From: Spirochaetales bacterium
Lineage (GTDB): Bacteria > Spirochaetota > JAAYUW01
DNA length: 64,000 bases
Assembly (NCBI GenBank): GCA_012797605.1
Contig: JAAZOT010000050.1
Coordinates: 4,655 to 68,654 of the forward strand
Direction of reading: 5' to 3'
Positions within the stretch are counted from its first letter, which is position 1. Each line of letters opens with the position of its first letter. The notes under the pieces are model-generated. The model saw only the letters and a list, made by a program, of their open reading frames with translations. It did not search any database and was not told where the DNA came from. Position numbers and translations under genes: made by a program. This document shows positions 40,290 to 50,533 of the stretch, piece after piece.

Positions 40290-40682
40290 ACTTGTTGAAA
40301 TTTATAGATATAATATTTATATAAAAAATTGAAAAAAAAGATAGTTTATTTCAAGTAATTTATATCAAGTGAAATTTAAATAATTAATTGGAATATTCAT
40401 TGAGGATTATTAAAAAAATAATGGATAGGAATTTAACAAAAAAAAAGTAATAGAAGAAAAAAATTAAAAAAAAATTTAAAAAAACAAATAACTAAAAATA
40501 ACAAAAAAAATAATGAAATAAAAAAGTAGCAAAAATAATATTTAAAAAACTAATAAAAAAAAAGGAAAAAGATATCAAAAAAAAAATAAAGGAAGAAGAA
40601 TAGTTAAAAAAGAATAATAAAAAATGAATAATAGAAATCAAGTAGAACTAAATATAATAAATAAAAAGGGAAAGAGGTTATC

Positions 40683-41621
40683 ATGAATGAAGAATTTTTA
40701 AAAATCTCACAAATTATAAATGAAGCCCTCAAAAATAAAAAACCGATTGTGGCGCTAGAATCAACAATAATTACCCATGGACTTCCCTATCCAGTAAATC
40801 TTGAAGTCGCAAAAGCCTGTCAAAATATCGCCATTGAAAATGGTGCTATACCTGCCACTATAGGTATTATAGATGGTGTTGCTAAAATTGGGCTAGATGA
40901 TGACGAGATAGATTTTTTAGCAAAAAATTCAAATAGATGTTTCAAGGCTTCTACAAAAGATTTAGGATTTTGTTATGCTAATAAATTAAACGCTGGTACA
41001 ACAGTTGCAGCCACATTATTTCTTGCAAGAAAATCGAAGATAGATTGCTTCGCAACTGGAGGAATAGGTGGTGTTCATAGAAATGCAGAAAAGACTTTTG
41101 ATATTTCTGCAGATATTCATGCCCTTTCTTCTTATGGTGGGGTAGTCGTTTGTGCTGGATGTAAATCGATTTTGGATATCGCCAAAACTATTGAAATTCT
41201 TGAAACATATGAAATTCCAGTTTATGGATATAAAACTGAGGAATTTCCGGCTTTTTATTCCAGAAAATCTAGTTTTAAGTTGCAACTTAAGGCAAATGAT
41301 GTGGAAGAAATTGCAAAAGCATATGTTTTCAATGAAAAACTTGGCTTAACAAGTAGTATACTTGTTGTCAACCCTATAAATGAAGATGATGAAATTCCAT
41401 ATGAACAGGTTTCTAAAATAATAGACAAGGCTATTTTAGAACTTGAAGAAAAAGGAATTATTGGTAAAGAAGTAACGCCATTTTTATTGGAAAGACTTTC
41501 AAATTTAAGTTCTGGAAAAACCTTGAATGCTAATAAATCCTTGATATATAATAATGTGGCTGTAGCATCAAAAATCGCTAATGAAATTAATAAAATTAAA
41601 TTAATAAAATTAGATAATTAA
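40683..41621 (+). CDS. psuG: Pseudouridine-5'-phosphate glycosidase
   Basis: 312 aa in the IndA/YeiN family. The motif KPIVALESTIITHGLPYP and the overall length fit. Confidence 0.9.
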   Translation: MNEEFLKISQIINEALKNKKPIVALESTIITHGLPYPVNLEVAKACQNIAIENGAIPATIGIIDGVAKIGLDDDEIDFLAKNSNRCFKASTKDLGFCYANKLNAGTTVAATLFLARKSKIDCFATGGIGGVHRNAEKTFDISADIHALSSYGGVVVCAGCKSILDIAKTIEILETYEIPVYGYKTEEFPAFYSRKSSFKLQLKANDVEEIAKAYVFNEKLGLTSSILVVNPINEDDEIPYEQVSKIIDKAILELEEKGIIGKEVTPFLLERLSNLSSGKTLNANKSLIYNNVAVASKIANEINKIKLIKLDN

Positions 41622-41749
41622 AATTGAATAAATTGAACTAAATGAATAAATTACAAAAAACATATTAAATAATAAAATTAAGTTAAGCAAAATTAAAAGA
41701 AAAAATAAATAAATATTTTCAAATTCCTTATTATCGAAAATCAGATTTT

Positions 41750-41757
41750 TCCGATAT
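41750..41757 (+). promoter_or_regulatory. Sigma-28-like -10 box (TCCGATAT) upstream of flgC
   Basis: Matches 7 of 8 positions of the GCCGATAT/GCCGATAA consensus and lies 31 nt before the flgC ATG. No clear TAAA -35 element. It is embedded in an imperfect inverted repeat TATCGAAAAT..ATTTTTCCGATA. Confidence 0.3.
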
Positions 41758-41788
41758 ATAATAAAATCTTCTAAAAAAGGCTATTATT

Positions 41789-42238
41789 ATGCTAGGAGCT
41801 TTTAATATAGCATCTACAGGTCTATCAGCACAAAGATTAAGAATGGATGTTATTGCAAATAATATTGCTAACGCAAACACAACTAGGACCCCTGAAGGCG
41901 GTGCATATCAACGAAAGATGGTTATATTTAGAACATATGACGAGAATCCTCAATTCTTATCTCCTTTTACTCCAGCAGGTTATGATAATAAAGTTGGAAA
42001 AGGAGTTAAAGTTGTAAAGATAGAAGCTGATGATTCACCATTTAGGTTAGTTTGGGATCCAAATCATCCTGATGCTATACAATCTGGTCCAAAAAAGGGA
42101 TATGTGATGATGCCAAATGTAAATATTGTTAAAGAGATGACAGATTTAATAAGTGCATCAAGAAGTTATGAAGCAAACACAGTCGTGATAAATAATGCAA
42201 AACAATTATATATGAAAAGTATTGACTTATTAAAGTAA
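41789..42238 (+). CDS. flgC: Flagellar basal-body rod protein FlgC
   Basis: 149 aa. N-terminus FNIASTGLSAQRLRMDVIANNIANANTTRT and C-terminus SRSYEANTVVINNAKQLYMKSIDLL are typical of FlgC. Confidence 0.9.
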   Translation: MLGAFNIASTGLSAQRLRMDVIANNIANANTTRTPEGGAYQRKMVIFRTYDENPQFLSPFTPAGYDNKVGKGVKVVKIEADDSPFRLVWDPNHPDAIQSGPKKGYVMMPNVNIVKEMTDLISASRSYEANTVVINNAKQLYMKSIDLLK

Positions 42239-42331
42239 TATTTTATAAATAGATGTGTAATAATATAAAAAGCTTTATTATACATTTGCAAAATATTTGA
42301 AATTTATAAAATGTTTTTTAAGGGGGAGGGG

Positions 42332-42706
42332 ATGCAATCATTTTTTAATTCTATTTCAAATGTTGTAAGTAATGTCAATGTTTCAAGAGTCACAAACTTA
42401 AAAACAGTAACTCCTACTGGTTACAATGTCCAAATGAAATCAACTTCATCAAAGCATTTCAATTATGTAGAAAAAAGCACTGATTCGCCAAATTTTTTAA
42501 ACTATCTTACAAATTCCATTAATGGAACTAATAATGCTTTGGTTAACGCAGAATTTTTGCAGCAGCAACTAATAGAGGATCCAGACAATACAAATATTGA
42601 TGAAGTTACTATAGCTGCAAAAGAAGCTGAAATAGCTTTAAATCTAACAAAATCTGTTATTAACAAACTAATCACTGGGTATAAAGAATTAATTAATATT
42701 AGATAA
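42332..42706 (+). CDS. fliE: Flagellar hook-basal body complex protein FliE
   Basis: Start at the ATG at 42332, preceded by GGGGGAGGGG. The C-terminal FliE pattern is present (VTIAAKEAEIALNLTKSVINKLITGYKELINI). Confidence 0.8.
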   Translation: MQSFFNSISNVVSNVNVSRVTNLKTVTPTGYNVQMKSTSSKHFNYVEKSTDSPNFLNYLTNSINGTNNALVNAEFLQQQLIEDPDNTNIDEVTIAAKEAEIALNLTKSVINKLITGYKELINIR

Positions 42707-42814
42707 AGACTAAATTTGAATTATTTATAAAAGGATTTATAATTAGATTGAAAAATAAAAGGAGTATAGATATAGAAAAATAGATATTTATTGCCTGTTT
42801 TTTGGGGAGGGGGT

Positions 42815-44527
42815 ATGGGAGATTTTTTCAAAAGAATTGGTGAGTTCTTCTCATCAAATTTATCAAAGTTAAATCAAACGCAAAAAATCATTATATTTTC
42901 AGTTATAGGCGTAATAGTAATATCATTAATAATAATAATCGCATTTTCTTCAAAACCAGATAAGACTCTATTATTTCAAAAACCTTTATCACCTGAAGAC
43001 TATGCAAAGGTTACAAAAGCATTGCAAGACATAAATGCAGATTTTTCAACTAAAGATGATAAATACATCATTGTAAAAGATCAAAAAACCGCTCAAACTT
43101 TAAGAATGAAACTTGGACAACAAGGGATCATTCCAAATAATGTTACGGGTTGGGAACTTTTTGATACTCAAAAATGGACAACCACTGATTTTGAAAGAGA
43201 TGTGAATCTTAAAAGAGCAATAAAAGGCGAAATAGAAAGACAGTTAAAACTATTAGATGGAGTCGAAGAATGTTATCTTAATATTGCATGGCCAAAGGAA
43301 AGTCTCTTTACAAATACAGCTCAAGAGATTACTGCTTCTTTAACAATTATTCCAAAACCATATTCGAATATTTTGGAAAACAGAAAACAGATAGAAGGTA
43401 TTAAAAAACTTGTAGCTTTCGGTATCCCAGGACTTAAAGAAGAAAATGTCGTTATTACAGATCCTTCTGGCAATATTGTCTCAGATTTTAGTTCAATGGA
43501 TAACACCGCTTATCTTGAAATTGTTAAACAGCAACTTCAAATAAAAGAAAGAGAAAGAGTCAAGATTGAACAAAGAATAAGAGATCAACTTCAGAAGATT
43601 ATAGGTAAAAATAAAATAGATATTCAATTAGATATAGATATTAGATTTGATCAGGTTCAAAGCGAAGCTAACAAAATCATACCGGTCGTCATTAAACCAG
43701 ACAATCCAAATACACCTTATGATGATTCTGTCATAGTGCCAAATGTTACAATATCTGAACAAACAATCCAAAAGGAATACAAAGGTCCACAAACAATTCC
43801 AGAGGGACCTCCTGGTACTGAACCAAATGTTCCTCCTGGATATAAAGAGCTTTTACCTAGTTCAGTTGTAGTTAACGAAAATCAACAGACAAAAAACTAT
43901 GAGGTTTCTACTGAAAAAGTGATATCTTCATTAACACCATATCAAATAAATAAAGTTTCTTGTTCTGTTATGGTAGATGGAAAATGGGAGATAGAGATTG
44001 ATAGTAAAGGAAACCTTGTTGTTGATAAGTCAAAACTAGGATATAAAAGAAAATATACACCTTTATCAAATGATGAAATTAAAAAAATTGAAGAAGTAGT
44101 AAAAGGTGCAATAGGATATGATAAGGCAAGAGGGGATATAGTTACAGTTCAAAATATTCCTTTCAATCATGAGTCTGAATTTGCAGCAGAAGATGCAATT
44201 ATTAAAAGAAAAGATTTATTAAGAAAAGCATTGATAACATCATTCGCTTCAATTCTTGTATTTTTGCTTATCATTGTTTTATATAGGGTTATTTCCGCTG
44301 AAGTTCAACGAAGAAAAAAACTTAAAGAAGAAGAACTTCTTAGAAAACAGCAAGAACTTAGAGAAAAAGCTCTTCGTGCCGCTGAAAAAGAAGGTATTGA
44401 AGTTGAGCTTTCTATGGAAGAAAAAGCCAGACTTGAGATGCAAGAAAATGCCATCAATGTTGCAAGAGAGCATCCTGAAGAAGTCGCTAAACTTATTAGG
44501 ACATGGCTTGCTGAAGATGTTAGCTAA
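42815..44527 (+). CDS. fliF: Flagellar MS-ring protein FliF
   Basis: Start at the ATG at 42815 (GGGGAGGGGG upstream). An N-terminal TM, a large periplasmic region, a second TM and a charged C-terminal FliG-binding tail (ARLIRTWL-like KLIRTWLAED). Confidence 0.9.
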   Translation: MGDFFKRIGEFFSSNLSKLNQTQKIIIFSVIGVIVISLIIIIAFSSKPDKTLLFQKPLSPEDYAKVTKALQDINADFSTKDDKYIIVKDQKTAQTLRMKLGQQGIIPNNVTGWELFDTQKWTTTDFERDVNLKRAIKGEIERQLKLLDGVEECYLNIAWPKESLFTNTAQEITASLTIIPKPYSNILENRKQIEGIKKLVAFGIPGLKEENVVITDPSGNIVSDFSSMDNTAYLEIVKQQLQIKERERVKIEQRIRDQLQKIIGKNKIDIQLDIDIRFDQVQSEANKIIPVVIKPDNPNTPYDDSVIVPNVTISEQTIQKEYKGPQTIPEGPPGTEPNVPPGYKELLPSSVVVNENQQTKNYEVSTEKVISSLTPYQINKVSCSVMVDGKWEIEIDSKGNLVVDKSKLGYKRKYTPLSNDEIKKIEEVVKGAIGYDKARGDIVTVQNIPFNHESEFAAEDAIIKRKDLLRKALITSFASILVFLLIIVLYRVISAEVQRRKKLKEEELLRKQQELREKALRAAEKEGIEVELSMEEKARLEMQENAINVAREHPEEVAKLIRTWLAEDVS

Positions 44528-44594
44528 TTTATTTTGTTTTGATTCATAATGAAATAGTATTGATAAATAGAAAGATAGAGGAAAGAGGTTTAAA

Positions 44595-45626
44595 ATGGGA
44601 AAGGCTGCTCCAAAAGCTAAAGAAAAGACAAAACTTACAGGAAAGAAAAAGGCAGCGATATTTCTTGTTACTCTAGGTTCGGAAGTTGCCTCGCAAGTTT
44701 TAAAATACTTAAAAGAAGAAGAAGTTGATTCTATAACATACGAAATTGCAAGAATAGAAAAGGTAGATCCAGAAGAAAGAGATAAAGTCCTTATGGAATT
44801 TCAAGAGTTGATGATGGCACAGGACTTTATAACAACTGGTGGTCTTGATTATGCAAAAGAACTTCTAGAAAAAGCTTTGGGTTCTCAGAAAGCCGTGGAT
44901 ATCATCAATAGACTTACAACTACTATGGCTGTTAGACCATTTGAATTTGCTAGAAGAACAGACCCACAACATCTGATTAACTTTATTCAAAATGAACATC
45001 CTCAAACAATTGCCTTAATCTTATCATATCTTGATCAGAAAAAGGCAGCTACAATACTTCAACAATTAAATCCAACATTGCAAGCAGATGTTACAAGAAG
45101 AATCGCTAAAATGGATAGAACATCTCCAGAAATTGTCAGAGAAGTAGAAAGAATTCTTGAAAGACAGATTTCCGCTATTGCCTCAGAGGAATTTGCAAGT
45201 GTTGGAGGTGTTCCAGCTGCTGTAAATATTTTGAACTCATCTGATCAGACTACTCAGAAAAACATTTTGGAAAAATTGGAAGAAGAAGATCCAGAACTTG
45301 CTGAAGAGATTAAGAAGAACATGTTTGTCTTTGAAGATATTGTACAACTTGATGATCGTTCAGTAATGAGACTATTGAGGGAAGTTGATACTAATGATCT
45401 TGCTAAAGCCTTAAAAAATGTCGAAGCAGAAGTTCAAGATAAAATTTTTAGAAACATGTCAAAACGTGGTTCAACAATGCTAAAAGAAGATATGCAATTT
45501 ATGGGTCCAATTAGATTGAAGGATGTTGAAGAGGCTCAATCAAAAATTGTTTCTATCATAAGAAAGCTTGAACAAGCAGGTGAAATCACCATTTCTCGTG
45601 GTAGTGAAGATGAGATTATTTACTAA
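44595..45626 (+). CDS. fliG: Flagellar motor switch protein FliG
   Basis: 343 aa with EHPQTIALILSYL, the MFVFEDI motif and a C-terminal torque-helix region. Confidence 0.95.
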   Translation: MGKAAPKAKEKTKLTGKKKAAIFLVTLGSEVASQVLKYLKEEEVDSITYEIARIEKVDPEERDKVLMEFQELMMAQDFITTGGLDYAKELLEKALGSQKAVDIINRLTTTMAVRPFEFARRTDPQHLINFIQNEHPQTIALILSYLDQKKAATILQQLNPTLQADVTRRIAKMDRTSPEIVREVERILERQISAIASEEFASVGGVPAAVNILNSSDQTTQKNILEKLEEEDPELAEEIKKNMFVFEDIVQLDDRSVMRLLREVDTNDLAKALKNVEAEVQDKIFRNMSKRGSTMLKEDMQFMGPIRLKDVEEAQSKIVSIIRKLEQAGEITISRGSEDEIIY

Positions 45627-45641
45627 TTTTAGGAAAATAAA

Positions 45642-46574
45642 ATGGCAAAGAATGTCCTAAAAAATGATGAAATAAAAAAAATCGAAAAAAAGTATATTAT
45701 CCCTCCTCCAAAAATAAAATCAAAAGAAGAGGTTATTGAAGGAACCGAAAAAGGTGAAATTTCTTCTGCTTATAAAGGCCCATCAGTTGAAGATATTAAA
45801 CTTGAGATTGATAGATTGAGGCAAGAGTGGAAGATTGAATATGAGAATATGCGAAAAAAAGCAGAAGAAGAAGCAAAACAAATAGTCGAAAAAGCAGAAG
45901 ACCTAGCATTTGCAAAGATTAAAGAATCCAAAGCTCAAGCTAATATCGAAATCGAAAAGTTAAAACAAGAAGCTCAGAAAATATTAGATGAAGCCAAACT
46001 TGAAGCAAAACAGATAATTGAAGCAGCAGAACAAAAGAGTGAAGAGATAATTGAACAAAATAGAAAACAGGGATACGATCAAGGATATGAAGATGGTTTT
46101 GCAAAAGGTTTAGAAGAAGTTAAACATTTGATTGAAAGATTGCATAAAATAATTTCTGAAGTTATTGCAAAGCGTCAGGAAATAATAGAAGGAACAGAAT
46201 ATCAAGTAATATCAATTGTTCTGTTGATCGTAAAAAAAATTATAAAAATAATCACTGAAAATCAAAAAACTGTAATAATAAACAATGTAGTTGAAGCATT
46301 GAAAAAAGTAAAAGGTTCAAAAAATGTCATTATTAGAGTCAATCTTGATGACATAGCAATGGTTACCAAACATAAAGAAGACTTTATTAGAATGATAGAA
46401 GGGTTAGAGGGAATTCAATTCTTAGAAGATTCATCGATAGAACGAGGTGGTTGCATTATTGAAACTGACTTTGGTGAAATAGACGCTAGAATCTCATTGC
46501 AGTTGAAAGAGATTGAAGATAAGATACTTGAGCTTATGCCGATCAAAAAAAGAATGATAGAGGAGTCTAAATAA
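45642..46574 (+). CDS. fliH: Flagellar assembly protein FliH
   Basis: 310 aa with an E/K/A-rich coiled-coil middle (AEEEAKQIVEKAE...) and a FliH/YscL-like C-terminal domain. It is positioned between fliG and fliI. Confidence 0.8.
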   Translation: MAKNVLKNDEIKKIEKKYIIPPPKIKSKEEVIEGTEKGEISSAYKGPSVEDIKLEIDRLRQEWKIEYENMRKKAEEEAKQIVEKAEDLAFAKIKESKAQANIEIEKLKQEAQKILDEAKLEAKQIIEAAEQKSEEIIEQNRKQGYDQGYEDGFAKGLEEVKHLIERLHKIISEVIAKRQEIIEGTEYQVISIVLLIVKKIIKIITENQKTVIINNVVEALKKVKGSKNVIIRVNLDDIAMVTKHKEDFIRMIEGLEGIQFLEDSSIERGGCIIETDFGEIDARISLQLKEIEDKILELMPIKKRMIEESK

Positions 46575-46576
46575 CA

Positions 46577-47932
46577 ATGTCAGTATATGATAAATATGAA
46601 CAAACCATAATGACAATTGACCCCATCAAATATAGAGGAAAAGTAAAAGAAGTAAGAGGATTTCTAATAAAAGGAAATGGCCCATATGCTCAAGTAGGAG
46701 AGATTTGCAAAATATATCAAAATAAAGAAGATCCAAATGATTTTGATCACTATATATCTTCTGAGGTCGTTGGTTTTAATGAAAAAGAAATGCTTTTGAT
46801 GCCACTATCCGATATGGTAGGAATCGAGCCAAATCAGGTAATAATTGCAACAGGTGAACCTTTATCTATACCTGTATCAGAAAAACTATTGGGGAGAGTA
46901 TTAAATGGGATGGGAACACCTATTGACAATCTTGGAGAGATATTTTCACCAATTAGATACCCCATATTTAATAAAGCTCCATCTTCCCTAGATAGAAAAA
47001 GGATAAAAACTAAATTAGCGGTAGGGGTAAAGGCGATTGATATCCCACTAACCTTAGGAAAAGGTCAAAGAATAGGCATATTTGCAGGTTCTGGTGTGGG
47101 TAAATCAACTCTTTTGGGTATGATCGCACATTATACAGAGGCAGATGTCAATGTCATTTGTCTTATAGGGGAAAGAGGGAGAGAAGTAAAGGAGTTCATC
47201 GAAGATATTTTACAAAAGGAAGGTTTAGCGAGATCAGTTGTGGTAGTAGCGACATCTGACGCATCACCTTTGGAAAGAGTTCGTTCTATTTATGTTGCTC
47301 AAACTATTGCAGAATATTTTAGAGATGCTGGCAAAGATGTCCTTTTAATGGTAGACAGTATTACAAGATTTGCCTGGGCTCAAAGGGAGATTGGTCTTTC
47401 AATAGGAGAGCCTCCTGCCACAAGAGGATATCCCACCTCTGTTTTTACACTTTTACCTAAAATATTTGAAAGAGCTGGTTGCTCAGATAAAGGTAGTATT
47501 ACAGGTATATACACGGTTTTAGTAGAAGGAGATGATGTTAATGAACCAATCTCTGATACAGTAAGAGGGGTACTAGACGGTCATATCGTTCTCTCAAGAA
47601 ATCTTGCTGAAAAAGGGCAATATCCTTCCATAGATGTATTAAAATCAATTTCAAGATTATTTCCAAATATTACCGATAAGGAGCATAAAGAACTAGTGAA
47701 GAAACTAAGGCAGATTATTGCCATATATTCTGAGAATGAAGATTTAATTTCTATAGGTGCATATCAAAAAGGAACAAATAGAGATATTGATTTTGCAATA
47801 GATAAAATAAAGGATATTTATTCATTTTTAAGTCAAGATGTTTCTGAAGGTTATAGCTTTGATGAAAGTTTGATGCTGTTAAAAAGATTATTTGAGTCTG
47901 AAGTTGAAGAAAATGAAGATAATTATTTATGA
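46577..47932 (+). CDS. fliI: Flagellum-specific ATPase FliI
   Basis: 451 aa with Walker A GSGVGKST and Walker B LLMVDSITRFA, consistent with an F1/T3SS ATPase fold. Confidence 0.95.
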   Translation: MSVYDKYEQTIMTIDPIKYRGKVKEVRGFLIKGNGPYAQVGEICKIYQNKEDPNDFDHYISSEVVGFNEKEMLLMPLSDMVGIEPNQVIIATGEPLSIPVSEKLLGRVLNGMGTPIDNLGEIFSPIRYPIFNKAPSSLDRKRIKTKLAVGVKAIDIPLTLGKGQRIGIFAGSGVGKSTLLGMIAHYTEADVNVICLIGERGREVKEFIEDILQKEGLARSVVVVATSDASPLERVRSIYVAQTIAEYFRDAGKDVLLMVDSITRFAWAQREIGLSIGEPPATRGYPTSVFTLLPKIFERAGCSDKGSITGIYTVLVEGDDVNEPISDTVRGVLDGHIVLSRNLAEKGQYPSIDVLKSISRLFPNITDKEHKELVKKLRQIIAIYSENEDLISIGAYQKGTNRDIDFAIDKIKDIYSFLSQDVSEGYSFDESLMLLKRLFESEVEENEDNYL

Positions 47933-47991
47933 AATCTTATAAAACATAGATAATTAAGTGATCAAACTAATGAAATTATTAAGGTAATTTT

Positions 47992-48408
47992 ATGAGAAAT
48001 TTTTCTTATCGATATGAAAAAATTCTTCATCTTAAGAGTTTTATAAGAAAGCAAAGAGAATTAGAATTTAGTGAAATTGCCTTGATAATTGAGAAGATGA
48101 GGGGAAAAATATTGGAGTATAAGGAATTTTTGGAAAATCCTCCTCAAATTTCAGATAGTAGCTTAGATCTTGAATACAGAAGATATTTTGATGCTATTGC
48201 AGCTGAAATAAAATTTTTAGAAAATGAGATTGAAAAATTAACACCAGAATATAATAGAAGAAAAGAAAAATATATTGCTGCAAAGAAAGAAGAAAGAATA
48301 CTAGAAAAACTCAAAGAAAAAAGATATAAAAGTTACATTACAGACTATTTCAAAGAGGAATCAAAAATACTTGATGAAATATCAACTAGAAAGTTTTACG
48401 AAAGTTAA
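47992..48408 (+). CDS. fliJ: Flagellar export chaperone-like protein FliJ
   Basis: 138-aa predicted coiled-coil protein directly after fliI, the position and size typical of FliJ. Confidence 0.65.
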   Translation: MRNFSYRYEKILHLKSFIRKQRELEFSEIALIIEKMRGKILEYKEFLENPPQISDSSLDLEYRRYFDAIAAEIKFLENEIEKLTPEYNRRKEKYIAAKKEERILEKLKEKRYKSYITDYFKEESKILDEISTRKFYES

Positions 48409-48500
48409 AAAATATATGAAAGAGATTAATAGTATATAGATAAATATTATAAATATATAGATGGATATTATAAAGAAATTATGAAATTGGCGGTACATAT

Positions 48501-49121
48501 ATGAAAGCTAAACATGGATTTACAGTTATGTTTTTATTGATTTTATTGATAATAGTTCTTTTTGCTGTTGTATATTGGTTTAATTATCTTGGACTTGTTA
48601 ATTTACCTAGAGCTTACAGTAAAATTGTATCAAGAATTCCAGCTATATCTTATGGAAAAGATATCACCGATCCTTTTTTACTTGAGAAAGAATTTTATGA
48701 TAAATTAAAAATATCATATGAATCCCAATTTACTCAATTAAAGCAATTTGAAGAACAATTGAAATTAAAAGAAGAACAGACAAACGAAAAAGAGAAAGCC
48801 ATATCTGAATTGGAAGCTTCTTTAAAAGAAAAAGAAGAAAATATTTATAGGAAATTAAAAGAATACGATGATTATAAAGAGAATATCAAAAAAGAGGCGA
48901 TTCAGTTTATTAACATGCCTCCTGCGGAAGCTGTTAAGATACTGAACAATATGGATATTCTTAAAGTTGTAGATATTCTTCGAGCTATGGATGAATACTT
49001 TGCCTCAATTGGTGAAACATCCTTGGTTCCTTATCTTGTAAGCTTGATGCCACCAGACAGAGCAGCAAAGTTAAGTGAATATAAGATTGAGGGATCTACA
49101 ACTTTTAGTCCAGCGCCATAA
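48501..49121 (+). CDS. flbB: Flagellar protein with N-terminal TM and MgtE-N/MotE-like domain (FlbB/YlxF family)
   Basis: 206 aa with a TM helix, a coiled coil and an MgtE-N-like segment (MPPAEAVKILNNMDILKVVDILRAMD). It holds the same position as ylxF/flbB between fliJ and fliK. Confidence 0.6.
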   Translation: MKAKHGFTVMFLLILLIIVLFAVVYWFNYLGLVNLPRAYSKIVSRIPAISYGKDITDPFLLEKEFYDKLKISYESQFTQLKQFEEQLKLKEEQTNEKEKAISELEASLKEKEENIYRKLKEYDDYKENIKKEAIQFINMPPAEAVKILNNMDILKVVDILRAMDEYFASIGETSLVPYLVSLMPPDRAAKLSEYKIEGSTTFSPAP

Positions 49122-49145
49122 GAAGCCAAACAAGGAGGAATTGTC

Positions 49146-50498
49146 ATGCTAACTCTTCCCAATATTCAGAAGATGGAATTGGGGGGGGAAGATTCAACTC
49201 GTTTGATTAAGAGGACTAAATCTGATGCTAAATCAAATGTGAAATTTGATGACTTGTTAAAGGAAGATGAACAAATACTAAGTCCTATTAAAAAGCGAGT
49301 AAAAGAGGGAGATATTGCAAAATCATGGATGAATGCTCAAATCATCCAAAATATTGAATCTGGCTTAAGGCGCAAGGATGCGGACCAATTTCCAGGGAAG
49401 GATACAAATTTTAAGACATTTTTAACAGAAAAGCTTACCTTAAGAGGTAAAACAAACCTTACTTTACATGAAAATGCTTCCGACTTAAGTAAAATTAATT
49501 TGGATGAGACCCTTGAAGCTCATTTTGAAAATCAAAGAGGTGAAATTCAAAAAAATCAAGGGTTAAAAGAAAATGGATCGCTGAAAAATACTAAAAACAA
49601 AAAGGATTTTGAAGCTTTAAAAGAAAAGTATTTTTCAAGTCCAAATGATGCTATTCACATTCATGCATCAGATTCTAAAATTAACAGACGAAAATTTATT
49701 GGTACCCATAATTTTATTGATACCGAAGATTCACAATTAAAAAGAGAAGATGAAGCTTATAATCTTTCAGAAAGCATCGAGCAAAATGGTTTTCAACAGT
49801 CTGACAACTTTGAAAATAGCAGTAGGATTGGATCAAAAAATTTAAAAGGTTTTCCAAAAAATGAAAAATCTGAAAACTTTACAGACGATCTTTCCTCTAT
49901 TAATTCCAAAGCAAAATCTGATTTGTCTAATTTAAACTTAAATCTTGATTTTATTTTGGATGATTCTACCATAAGTTTTAACAAGTTTTCATCGAATCAA
50001 AATAGGATTGCAGAGCCTATATTACGTCATTTAGCACAAAATATTTCACAAAATTATTCTATATCTTTAGACAAACTAATCAACTCATTTGATAATATTA
50101 GTTTCAAGCCTTTGGAATCTGGTTTTGCTTTAAAGATGAGATTATATCCAGAGGAACTTGGCGAGCTTGAATTGCATCTTAAAAAAGAGGGATTGAATAT
50201 ATCTTTGGTAGCTTTTGTTATGAATGATGAAGCGAAGCAAGTCATGATGAATGACACACAAAATCTTTCCAATTTTTTTATGAATCAAGGGTATAATCTT
50301 GAGCAGATAATGGTCGAAGTTAAAAATGATAACCAGAATCAAAATTTCGAGAATTTTGATAAAATTATAGCTGAGAATAAAAATACATTTAATTTAAAAG
50401 AAAATGATGAAATTCTACCCGAGAAGAAAAGCATTAGTAGTATTAAAAAGTTTGGTTACTTCAAGGGAATTGGTAGACTTATAAATAAGTATGTCTAA
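49146..50498 (+). CDS. fliK: Flagellar hook-length control protein FliK
   Basis: 450 aa with a low-complexity N-terminal part and the C-terminal Flg_hook pattern LRLYPEELGELELHLKKEGLNISLVAFVMNDEAKQVM. It lies upstream of flgD. Confidence 0.7.
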   Translation: MLTLPNIQKMELGGEDSTRLIKRTKSDAKSNVKFDDLLKEDEQILSPIKKRVKEGDIAKSWMNAQIIQNIESGLRRKDADQFPGKDTNFKTFLTEKLTLRGKTNLTLHENASDLSKINLDETLEAHFENQRGEIQKNQGLKENGSLKNTKNKKDFEALKEKYFSSPNDAIHIHASDSKINRRKFIGTHNFIDTEDSQLKREDEAYNLSESIEQNGFQQSDNFENSSRIGSKNLKGFPKNEKSENFTDDLSSINSKAKSDLSNLNLNLDFILDDSTISFNKFSSNQNRIAEPILRHLAQNISQNYSISLDKLINSFDNISFKPLESGFALKMRLYPEELGELELHLKKEGLNISLVAFVMNDEAKQVMMNDTQNLSNFFMNQGYNLEQIMVEVKNDNQNQNFENFDKIIAENKNTFNLKENDEILPEKKSISSIKKFGYFKGIGRLINKYV

Positions 50499-50533
50499 CT
50501 TGAAACTCAAGATTATATAAAAAAGGAGAAAAA

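Noticed and set aside
40410-40682. The A-rich tract considered as a CRISPR array, tandem repeat or degenerate coding region.
   Set aside because: There is no repeat-spacer periodicity and no unit repeat longer than homopolymer runs. Stops occur in all frames on both strands. It is kept only as a compositional oddity (see findings).
44256-44549. 97-aa (plus strand) and 64-aa (minus strand) ORFs at the 3' end of fliF.
   Set aside because: They arise from the repetitive AAG/GAA-rich sequence that encodes the charged FliF C-terminal tail. The FliF frame ends with the conserved FliG-binding motif.
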